Origin: Bacteroidota bacterium
GTDB taxonomy: Bacteria; Bacteroidota; Bacteroidia; Bacteroidales; FEN-979
Assembly: GCA_026391835.1 (NCBI GenBank)
Contig: JAPLDF010000068.1
Coordinates: 313,661 to 377,660, forward strand
Direction: 5' to 3'
DNA: 64,000 bases
This document shows, in pieces, positions 52,274 through 60,533 of this stretch. The notes below the pieces were generated by a model. The model was given only the letters and a program-made list of their open reading frames with translations. It was not told the DNA's origin and did no database searches. Each line of letters starts with the position of its first letter. Position 1 is the stretch's first letter. The translations under genes were made by a program, and so were the position numbers.

Positions 52274-53464
52274 CTATTTTGAGATAATATGGAGCTTCTT
52301 CCCCAGCTTCTCAAATTTCTCCAACGCAACATCTACCTGTTCTTTCGTATGGGTTGCCATGAGGGAAAAGCGGATGAGTGTATTGTCCTTGCTAACGGCC
52401 GGTGCCACCACAGGATTCACAAAAATTCCCTCATCAAGCAGCATGCGGGTGATGGTGAGGGTTTTAAGATTATCACGGATATACAACGGGATGATCGGGG
52501 TTACCGTATTGCCGATGTCAAATCCCAACCGCCTGAAGTTGTCGATGGCATAATGGGTCACGTCCCAGAGATGTTTGATGCGTTCTGGTTCGCTTTTAAT
52601 GATTTCAAGGGCTGCGATCACGGCGGCTGCCGAGGCAGGTGTGGCCGAAGCGCTGAAGATCAGTGTACGGGAATGGTGCTTGATATAGTTGATGGTTTCA
52701 AAATCGCTGGCGATAAAACCACCAAGGGCAGCAAGTGATTTTGAAAATGTTCCCATAATCAGGTCAACTTTATCGGTCAGCCCGAAGTGGTTGGCCGTAC
52801 CGGCGCCATTCTTGCCGAGAACACCGATTGAATGCGCATCGTCGACCATGATGGTGGCTTCGTACTTTTCAGCCAGTTTAACGATATCGGGCAACTTTGC
52901 GATGTCTCCGTCCATGCTGAAAACACCATCAACCACGATTAGTTTGATACGGCCTGGCTCGCACTTTTTCAGAACCGACTCCAGGGAATGCATGTCGTTG
53001 TGACGGTACTTGATCACTTTGGCAAATGACAGGCGTGTAGCTTCAATGATGGAAGCGTGGTCGAGTTCATCAATCAGGATGTAGTCGTTGCGGCCTGTAA
53101 CAGTTGGGATGACACCCAGGTTCACCTGGAAACCGGTGCTGTAAACCAGTGCCGATTGTTTTCCTACAAATTCCGCCAGTTTATTTTCAAGTTCGATATG
53201 AATATCGAGGGTTCCGTTCAGGAAGCGGGAACCGGCGCAGCCGGTACCATACTTTTCTGTTGCTTTGATCGCGGCCTCCTTGATTTTCGGGTGGTTGGTC
53301 AACCCCAGGTAACTGTTCGAACCGAACATCAGCACTTTCTTGCCATTCATGGTCACCACGGTATCCTGGTCCGATTCAATCATCCTGAAGAAAGGATAGA
53401 TTCCCATCTTCTCAACTTTCTGGGGCTCGGTATAGTGGGCCAATTTACGCTGTAAAATCCTCAT
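52274..53464 (-). CDS. alpha-oxoamine synthase, serine palmitoyltransferase-like
   Basis: 396 aa, PLP-dependent and AONS/KBL/SPT-like ([33 protein letters not shown]). The N-terminus [11 protein letters not shown]...YPFFRMIES resembles Bacteroidota SPT as I remember it. Confidence 0.65.
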   Translation of the reverse strand: MRILQRKLAHYTEPQKVEKMGIYPFFRMIESDQDTVVTMNGKKVLMFGSNSYLGLTNHPKIKEAAIKATEKYGTGCAGSRFLNGTLDIHIELENKLAEFVGKQSALVYSTGFQVNLGVIPTVTGRNDYILIDELDHASIIEATRLSFAKVIKYRHNDMHSLESVLKKCEPGRIKLIVVDGVFSMDGDIAKLPDIVKLAEKYEATIMVDDAHSIGVLGKNGAGTANHFGLTDKVDLIMGTFSKSLAALGGFIASDFETINYIKHHSRTLIFSASATPASAAAVIAALEIIKSEPERIKHLWDVTHYAIDNFRRLGFDIGNTVTPIIPLYIRDNLKTLTITRMLLDEGIFVNPVVAPAVSKDNTLIRFSLMATHTKEQVDVALEKFEKLGKKLHIISK

Positions 53465-53493
53465 TTGTCTGTGTTTCTGTAAAAAATAGCGTG

Positions 53494-53501
53494 CAAAGGT
53501 A
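53494..53501 (-). promoter_or_regulatory. -7 box TAccTTTG for the Spt-like operon
   Basis: The reverse complement of caaaggta is TACCTTTG. It lies 30 nt upstream of ATG 53464, in the 48-nt gap after iorB. Confidence 0.45.
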
Positions 53502-53512
53502 CAAAGAAAAAA

Positions 53513-54097
53513 TTACATATGCTGTTCCGCAAAATCGCGACCGGCCTTTAACGCAATTAAATTCATGTCAATGATCTTGTCTCCTTTTTTCCTGAAAATA
53601 AAACGAATGGCATCTTCAAGTTTTTCGTAGGCCATTCCCAGGAATGGTGAGGCAGCCCCTAAAATCACAATGTTCGTGGCTTTTGTCGACCCGGCTTCTT
53701 TGGCTGTAGCCTCGGCATCCAGCGCAATATGGTGCGGCACTTTTGCAATTTCCTCTATAACTTTATCTATGTCAGGATAATTTGGAATATTGTTAAACGG
53801 TCGGGTGTTGGTAATAACCCAGCCTTCGCCTGAGAGATAGGGAAGATAGCGGAGCGATTCGAGCGGCTCGACTGAAATGATCATATCGGCCTGCCCGAAA
53901 GGTATCAGGTCTGACGCAATATGGTTATGCGAGATCCGGAGATTCGAACTCACATCGCCTCCGCGCTGGCTCATGCCATGAACTTCCGATTGTTTAAGAA
54001 ACATCCCCTGTTCCAGTGCTGCATAGCCGATGATGGAGGCAATTGAGATAATTCCCTGGCCACCCACACCCGCTAAAATGATATCTTTTTTCATCAA
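53513..54097 (-). CDS. iorB: indolepyruvate oxidoreductase subunit beta
   Basis: 194 aa. DIILAGVGGQGIISIASIIG...EVHGMSQRGG is typical of the IorB/gamma-type domain. Confidence 0.85.
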   Translation of the reverse strand: MMKKDIILAGVGGQGIISIASIIGYAALEQGMFLKQSEVHGMSQRGGDVSSNLRISHNHIASDLIPFGQADMIISVEPLESLRYLPYLSGEGWVITNTRPFNNIPNYPDIDKVIEEIAKVPHHIALDAEATAKEAGSTKATNIVILGAASPFLGMAYEKLEDAIRFIFRKKGDKIIDMNLIALKAGRDFAEQHM

Positions 54098-54106
54098 TTT
54101 GTAGAT

Positions 54107-55747
54107 TTACTTGTTCCTGAATTTGTCACGGATGCGCTTGTCGATTGCAACAATGCACTCACGCCGGGGAATGATCACTGAAACACCTGCATAGGCCAGT
54201 TCTTCCTTCATGATGGCAACATTTTCATCATGATATTTTTTGAGTGGTTTCAGAATCCGGATGTGTGCCTCCTCAACACCAAGACCCTTGCATATCTCCT
54301 CAATTTTCCCGAATCCCGGCGAATCCTGCCCCCCGGTCATGGCCGTGGTACCGTTGTCAAGGATCATGATGGTGATGGGGGATTTGTCATTGACGGCGTC
54401 GAGCAGGCCTGTCATGCCCGAATGGGTAAAGGTCGAATCGCCGATTACGGCGACTGCAGGAATCAAACCTGCATCGGCGGCACCCTTGGCCATGGTAATG
54501 GAGGCCCCCATGTCGACGCATGAATTGATCGCCTCATAGGGTTTCAGGGCACCCAGGGTATAACAGCCAATATCGGAGAACACCCTTCCGTTTGACAACG
54601 CACTGAGGGTTTCACTTAACGCATAATAGGAGTCGATATGCGGGCAACCGCTGCAGAGTGAGGGCGGGCGGCCTACCACAAGTTCAGGAACCGGCAGCCC
54701 GAACGTGTCAGGTTTTCCCAGGGCAACCGCAACAAGGTTCGGGTTGAGTTCACCGTCGCGCGGCAGCGTGCCGTCGAGGCGCCCTTTGACTTTCAAACCC
54801 CGTCCAAGGTAGCCTTTCAACAACTCTTCAACAACAGGATAACCATCTTCGATCACCAGGATTTCGTCACATTCATCAGCCATTTTTTCCACCAGGGTGC
54901 GCGGCATGGGGTATTGCCCGATCTTCAGCACAGGGTGGGGCACATTCCGGTCGGCGAAATTCTCCAGGAGGTAATTGTAGGCGATTCCGCATACGATAAT
55001 ACCCAGCGATTTATCGGGGCCGTCAATATATTTGTTAAAAGGGGAGGATTCCGACTCGGTGATGAAAGATGAATGATCCCGCAGCAGGTTCTTGTAACGC
55101 TTCCTGGCGATATTGGGAAGCAGCACAAACTGGCGAAGGTCGGATGGCATTTTCAGGTCGTTCTGTTTCCTGATTTCAGCCTTACGCGCCACGCCTGAAC
55201 GTGAATGGGCCATCCTGGTAGTGATGCGCATCAGCACCGGTACTTTATATTTTTCAGAAAATTCAAATCCATAATGAACCATATCGTACGCCTCCTGCTG
55301 GTCGCTCGGCTCGAGGATCGGTACAAGGGCAAACTTCCCGTAGAACCGCGAATCCTGTTCATTCTGGGATGAATGCATGGACGGATCATCTGCAGAAACG
55401 ACAATCAGCCCCCCGTTTGCACCGGTTATGGCGGAATTGATAAAAGGATCGGCAGCAACGTTCAGCCCGACATGCTTCATACACACCATGGCCCGCTTAC
55501 CCGCATAGGACATTCCAAGTGCCGACTCCATGGCTGTTTTTTCATTGGTCGACCAATTTGAATGAATATGGTTTTCGTGCGCAAACCGGGAATTCTGAAC
55601 AAATTCGGTAATTTCGGTCGAAGGGGTTCCGGGATAGGCGTATATGCCAGACAAACCAGCATCCAGGGCAGCCTGGGCAATGGCTTCATCCCCCAATAAT
55701 AATAATTTCTGCATAGGTTGATTTAAAAGGTAATTGAACTTGGACAA
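54107..55747 (-). CDS. iorA: indolepyruvate ferredoxin oxidoreductase subunit alpha (start may be the second Met, 55714)
   Basis: It has KLLLLGDEAIAQAALDAGL..YPGTPSTEI and a TPP-binding region GDSTFTHSGMTGLLDAV. It lies directly upstream of iorB. Confidence 0.85.
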   Translation of the reverse strand: MSKFNYLLNQPMQKLLLLGDEAIAQAALDAGLSGIYAYPGTPSTEITEFVQNSRFAHENHIHSNWSTNEKTAMESALGMSYAGKRAMVCMKHVGLNVAADPFINSAITGANGGLIVVSADDPSMHSSQNEQDSRFYGKFALVPILEPSDQQEAYDMVHYGFEFSEKYKVPVLMRITTRMAHSRSGVARKAEIRKQNDLKMPSDLRQFVLLPNIARKRYKNLLRDHSSFITESESSPFNKYIDGPDKSLGIIVCGIAYNYLLENFADRNVPHPVLKIGQYPMPRTLVEKMADECDEILVIEDGYPVVEELLKGYLGRGLKVKGRLDGTLPRDGELNPNLVAVALGKPDTFGLPVPELVVGRPPSLCSGCPHIDSYYALSETLSALSNGRVFSDIGCYTLGALKPYEAINSCVDMGASITMAKGAADAGLIPAVAVIGDSTFTHSGMTGLLDAVNDKSPITIMILDNGTTAMTGGQDSPGFGKIEEICKGLGVEEAHIRILKPLKKYHDENVAIMKEELAYAGVSVIIPRRECIVAIDKRIRDKFRNK

Positions 55748-55820
55748 AAATAAGAATTTTTTTCCAATGGCCGGTTTACACCAATCGGTGTTTTCGTTTT
55801 TTTTACCCGATGATTATGAC

Positions 55821-55828
55821 TACTTTTG
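55821..55828 (+). promoter_or_regulatory. -7 box TActTTTG for the TonB-dependent receptor
   Basis: tacttttg lies 33 nt upstream of ATG 55861. Confidence 0.4.
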
Positions 55829-55860
55829 CCCCTTATACCCGATTCAATTAGCACCTGATT

Positions 55861-58140
55861 ATGAAGCTTGCCAAAGGATTACTTCCGCTATTTCTCCTCG
55901 TGACACTGTCCCAGCTTTTTCATGCACAAACCAATGCCCAGAACGGGTCAATCCGTGGTTTCATTTATGAACAGGAATCAGGGGAACCAGTTTTATTTAC
56001 AAACGTCTATCTCTCTAAAACATCCATTGGCGCCCCAACCGATGCAAACGGGTATTTTGCGATCACGAAGATCCCGCCCGGCGAATATTTCCTGATGGTC
56101 ACCTACGTCGGGTTTGATACGTTGAAAATTCCTGTCACAATAAAGGCCAACGACCTGCTGTCAAAGAAACTGTACCTGATAAAATCAACCGTTCAACTGG
56201 ATGAAATCAACATTTCTGCTGCCCGCCAGGATAAGGTAAGGGAAACCCAGACCAGCATCATCAAAATAACGCCAAAGGAAATTCAATCGATCCCGGCCAT
56301 CGGGGGCCAGCCCGATCTTGCCCAATATTTGCAGATCCTGCCCGGTGTCATTTTCTCCGGCGACCAGGGCGGCCAGCTTTATATCCGCGGGGGTCCGCCG
56401 ATCCAGAACAAAGTACTGTATGATGGCATGATCGTGTATAATCCCTTTCATTCCATTGGCCTGTTTTCGGTGTTTGACGTGGATATCCTGAAAAACGTGG
56501 ATGTCTACACGGGTGGTTTTGGCGCCGAATATGGGGGCCGCCTCTCCTCTGTCATGGATGTAACCACCCGCGATGGGAACAAGAACCGCATTGCCGGCAA
56601 ATTCGACATCAGTACTTTTGGCGCCAAGGCCCTTCTTGAGGGCCCGCTGCACAAACAAAAAAACGAAGATGATGCAAGTGCAACCTTTCTCCTGTCGGTA
56701 AAAAACTCCTACCTGCAGCAATCGAGCAAGATTTTCTATAAATACATTGATGAGGACGGGCTTCCGTATAACTATCTCGATATCTACGGGAAAATTGCTG
56801 TCAATTCGCCAAATGGCAGCAAAATCAATGTGTTCGGCTTCAATTTTTCCGACAAGGTTAACTATAAGGTTCTCCAGGATTATAACTGGAACTCCTACGG
56901 GGGAGGTTTGACCTTTCTAGCCATACCTTCAAAAAGCTCTGTGCTGATCGAAGGCAACTTTGCCTATTCAAATTACAAGGTTGTATTGCAGGAAATTAAC
57001 AAATCGGCCAGGTCCAGTTCAATTTCAGGATTCAACGGCGGGTTGAATTTCACCTATTTTTTTGGACGGGACGCGCTGAAATACGGGCTTGAACTATCCG
57101 GGTATAAAACCATGCTTGACTTTTTCAACATCGTCAACCGGAGAATCGACTATACCCAAAACTCCACGGAAGCTTCGGTTTTTGTAAAATATAAATGGAT
57201 GCCCGGGAAACTCATTTTTGAACCGGGCCTCAGGTTCCAGTATTATGCCTCCATATCGGCTGCATCCTTTGAACCACGGCTGGCAGTCAAATACAATGTC
57301 GCTAAAAATTTCCGCCTGAAAATGGCAGCCGGCATGTACTCCCAGAACCTGATCAGTACCACCTATGATAAGGACGTGGTGAACCTTTTTTACGGCTTCG
57401 TTACCAGCCCGACGAACAAACTGCAGAAATGCAACCAGGTTGTTCTCGGCACTGAATGGGATATCCTTCCAAACCTCTCCGTAAATATTGAAGGGTACTA
57501 TAAATACTATCCGAGGCTGACCTCCCTGAACCGGAATAAAATTTATGAAGACTCCCGTGAAAATGCCAAAATCCCGGATTATTACAAGAAGGATTTCGTC
57601 TACGAAACCGGGGATGCTGAAGGCGTCGATTTTTCGGTCAAGTATGATTGGAAAAAAGTCCATTTCTGGGTCACCTATTCGCTTGGTTTTATCCATCGCA
57701 ATGACGGAGTCTATAGTTTTGTCCCTCCTTACGACCGCCGTCATAACCTGAACATTGTCTCCACATTTAACTGGGGTAAAAGAAACAGTTGGGAACTTGA
57801 CGTCAGGTATAATTTCGGATCCGGATTCCCGTTTACCCAAACAGCGGGTTTTTATGAGCAGATGAACTTTGCCAACATGGGCACAAGTTATACGACCGGG
57901 AATGGCTCACTTGGAATCCTTTATTCAGATTACGACAAGGGGCGGCTGCCTTATTACAGCCGGCTCGATTTTAATTTAAAAAAGAGTTTTTTCCTGGGTA
58001 AAACAGCAAAATTAGACATCAACATCAGTGTCACGAACACCCTTAATCAGCAGAACATCTTCTATTTCGACCGTATTACCTATACCCGCATCGACCAGAT
58101 GCCGCTGATGCCCAGTGTTGGGTTAAGTTTTAGCTTTTAA
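55861..58140 (+). CDS. TonB-dependent receptor with CarboxypepD_reg-like domain
   Basis: 759 aa. GSIRGFIYEQESGEPVLFTNVYL...GEYFLMVTYVGFD is followed by a plug and a barrel ending ...VGLSFSF. Confidence 0.85.
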   Translation: MKLAKGLLPLFLLVTLSQLFHAQTNAQNGSIRGFIYEQESGEPVLFTNVYLSKTSIGAPTDANGYFAITKIPPGEYFLMVTYVGFDTLKIPVTIKANDLLSKKLYLIKSTVQLDEINISAARQDKVRETQTSIIKITPKEIQSIPAIGGQPDLAQYLQILPGVIFSGDQGGQLYIRGGPPIQNKVLYDGMIVYNPFHSIGLFSVFDVDILKNVDVYTGGFGAEYGGRLSSVMDVTTRDGNKNRIAGKFDISTFGAKALLEGPLHKQKNEDDASATFLLSVKNSYLQQSSKIFYKYIDEDGLPYNYLDIYGKIAVNSPNGSKINVFGFNFSDKVNYKVLQDYNWNSYGGGLTFLAIPSKSSVLIEGNFAYSNYKVVLQEINKSARSSSISGFNGGLNFTYFFGRDALKYGLELSGYKTMLDFFNIVNRRIDYTQNSTEASVFVKYKWMPGKLIFEPGLRFQYYASISAASFEPRLAVKYNVAKNFRLKMAAGMYSQNLISTTYDKDVVNLFYGFVTSPTNKLQKCNQVVLGTEWDILPNLSVNIEGYYKYYPRLTSLNRNKIYEDSRENAKIPDYYKKDFVYETGDAEGVDFSVKYDWKKVHFWVTYSLGFIHRNDGVYSFVPPYDRRHNLNIVSTFNWGKRNSWELDVRYNFGSGFPFTQTAGFYEQMNFANMGTSYTTGNGSLGILYSDYDKGRLPYYSRLDFNLKKSFFLGKTAKLDINISVTNTLNQQNIFYFDRITYTRIDQMPLMPSVGLSFSF

Positions 58141-58153
58141 TTCCGGCAACCAT

Positions 58154-58993
58154 ATGTTTTCGTTTTCGCTGCTCTCCGACATCTCGTTTGACAGGCTCCC
58201 TGCCCAGATGCAACTCATCCTGGGCAACAAGCGGCCATATGAAGAGAGCATCGAACAGCTTCGCGACATTCTTTCCTTCATTGATTTGACACCCCAGGAG
58301 GGATCAGATAACCAGGAACAAGTTCTATCACTTTGTGAAAAAGCCGTTTCATTTGGTGAACAAGGGCTGCCGCTCCCTGCTGCAGTTTGTATTTACCCGC
58401 CATTTATCGCCACGGCAAAACGAGCCCTTCAGGCTGCTCCCATCAAAATAGCAACCACTCCATCTGCGTTCCCGTGCAGGGAGATGCCTGTTTCGGTGAG
58501 GCTGGATAAGATCAGGCATGCCATTGAAGATGGTGCTGATGAAATTGATGTTGCGATTTCCCACGGCACATTATTGGCAAGGGAGTACAACAAACTGTTT
58601 CGCGAAGTGGATGCCATGCGCGAGCTTTCCAGCCACCGAACCCTGAAAATAATCCTGGAACCCGGGGAATTGCAAACCCCTGAAAATATTGCCCGGGCCA
58701 GTGAAATTGTCATTGAAGCAGGTGCCGATTTTATCACTTCCTGTGCGGGCAGTATGGCTGCTTCAGCAAGTGATCAAGCTGTTTTCGTGATGCTCCTGGT
58801 AATCAGGGAATGTCACCGGAAAAACGGAAAAAAAATCGGCATCAAACTTACCGGGGGAATTTCCGATCCTGAAAAAGCACTTGATTATTACTGGCTGGTA
58901 GAGCAGGTGCTGGGCCGGCAATGGCTTACAAACAAATTGTTCAGGTTGGGTGCAAACAGTCTTGCAGACCGCATTGTTGAAATTATTTTGTAG
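58154..58993 (+). CDS. deoxyribose-phosphate aldolase (DeoC)-like protein lacking the canonical Schiff-base lysine
   Basis: 279 aa, alignable with E. coli DeoC (CIYPPFI, GADEIDVAIS, LKIILEPGEL, IGIKLTGGI). However, GADFITSCAGS replaces GADFIKTSTGK. Confidence 0.6.
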   Translation: MFSFSLLSDISFDRLPAQMQLILGNKRPYEESIEQLRDILSFIDLTPQEGSDNQEQVLSLCEKAVSFGEQGLPLPAAVCIYPPFIATAKRALQAAPIKIATTPSAFPCREMPVSVRLDKIRHAIEDGADEIDVAISHGTLLAREYNKLFREVDAMRELSSHRTLKIILEPGELQTPENIARASEIVIEAGADFITSCAGSMAASASDQAVFVMLLVIRECHRKNGKKIGIKLTGGISDPEKALDYYWLVEQVLGRQWLTNKLFRLGANSLADRIVEIIL

Positions 58994-59021
58994 TAATGGC
59001 GCTGATTAATAAAATATCCAT

Positions 59022-59435
59022 ATGAAAAACGTAAATGTAATTGTTGCCATGGTCATCCTGTCGCTGACAGGTCTGCTGGCAGGGTGTGCCAAAGATTCCG
59101 GGACAACACCCGAAAATGTTACCCGTGCAGCCTTTATCGGAAAGTGGAGCGTGAAACCTACCACCAAACTGACGTATGAGGTGACGATCTCTGCCGACCC
59201 GAACTCATCAAACGGGGTATTCATCTCAAATTTCGCGCTTATTGGAACCTCCTACCCACCCGCCAGTGCAGAGGTAAACGGTTCTTCGATCGTTCTTGAT
59301 GCTGGCCAGATTATAGGGGGTGGCATTACAATCAACGGATCAGGTACTTTATCCGGAACACATATTATCTGGAAATACACAACATTCGACGGAGCGGACC
59401 TCACGAATGTTTACGAAACCTATACCAAGGAGTAA
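59022..59435 (+). CDS. hypothetical lipoprotein
   Basis: 137 aa with the lipobox LLAGC|AKD. Confidence 0.55.
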   Translation: MKNVNVIVAMVILSLTGLLAGCAKDSGTTPENVTRAAFIGKWSVKPTTKLTYEVTISADPNSSNGVFISNFALIGTSYPPASAEVNGSSIVLDAGQIIGGGITINGSGTLSGTHIIWKYTTFDGADLTNVYETYTKE

Positions 59436-59816
59436 TTACTTCTTCCCGGAGAATTTCTCCTGCCGGTTCTCGAGCAGCACGACAACCTTTTCATACATTT
59501 TGGCATAGTTTTCGGGATTTGAGCGATAAAACGCCAGGTTCTCGTCATACCTGCCGGGGCTGATGTGGTATTTTTTGAAAATACCCTTGTAATAATCATC
59601 CTGTCTGTCTTTCGACACCTTCCCATTGTTGCGGTCCAGTAAAAATGAGGCTTCCACAACATGAACATCTGCCAGGATCAAGACCATTTTTTCCGGTGTT
59701 ATCAGAGAATCGGCTGAAATTGCAACCGGGGAACCAGGCAAATCCTTTTTTTCCCTGCAGCCGGTGACGAGCAGACAGCATAGGATCGCGATCCGAATCC
59801 GGGCGGTAAAAATCAT
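59436..59816 (-). CDS. DUF4296-like lipoprotein
   Basis: 126 aa with the lipobox LVTGC|REK. It contains ..ILADVHVVEA..YYKGIFKKYHISPGRYDENLAFY... Confidence 0.6.
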   Translation of the reverse strand: MIFTARIRIAILCCLLVTGCREKKDLPGSPVAISADSLITPEKMVLILADVHVVEASFLLDRNNGKVSKDRQDDYYKGIFKKYHISPGRYDENLAFYRSNPENYAKMYEKVVVLLENRQEKFSGKK

Positions 59817-60523
59817 TTTTTTCTTTGCTGGTATTCTTTATTGAGTTCCTCCAATACCGATTTTGTTATATCCATGGTATCGTTGGAGACAAGAATTTCG
59901 CCTCCTGACTTATAAGCCATGATGTAATCGAATTGGTACTGGCGGTTGAACCGTTTCAGAAACGCTGTCACACTGTCAACGAGGCGCAAATTCATACCCA
60001 TCTCCTGCTCGCCTATCTGCTGCGTATAACGGTCTTTCTTCTGCATCAGCGCCTGCTGCTTCTGCATCAGTTGCTCATAGATCACTTTCGCCTTATCTTC
60101 CGGAATTGCATTGGCAGAGATCTGGCGCTGAAAATCACTGGCTTCCTTTTCTAATCCTGACTGCTCTGCCAGGACCTCTGTCTGAAGCCTTTTTCCTGTG
60201 CTTTCCAAATCCTTGCGAAGAATTTTTACATATTCATAATGGGTGTTGATACTGTCGATATTGACATAAACAACCGACAGCTGTTTGCCTGACGACTTCT
60301 GGACAGCAAGCGGGATGGTGGTGTCCTGGGTATTACGGCCGGTAAAATGGAGCACATACAACACGACAAGCCCCACCAGCAGGATCAGCCCCAGGAGCGT
60401 ATTGAAATTAAAGGCAAAAAAAGGCACCTTGTTTTGCGCCGGTTCAATGATTTGGCTGATACCCGTATAAACGGTTTCCACTTCCTGAACAGGTTCAGGG
60501 TTTTCAATGTTTTCTTCTTGCAT
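59813..60523 (-). CDS. OmpH/Skp-like periplasmic chaperone (membrane-anchored)
   Basis: 236 aa with an N-terminal TM segment and a long coiled-coil-like Q/K/E-rich region. It overlaps the downstream gene by 4 nt. Confidence 0.6.
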   Translation of the reverse strand: MQEENIENPEPVQEVETVYTGISQIIEPAQNKVPFFAFNFNTLLGLILLVGLVVLYVLHFTGRNTQDTTIPLAVQKSSGKQLSVVYVNIDSINTHYEYVKILRKDLESTGKRLQTEVLAEQSGLEKEASDFQRQISANAIPEDKAKVIYEQLMQKQQALMQKKDRYTQQIGEQEMGMNLRLVDSVTAFLKRFNRQYQFDYIMAYKSGGEILVSNDTMDITKSVLEELNKEYQQRKK

Positions 60524-60533
60524 GGTAAATTGA

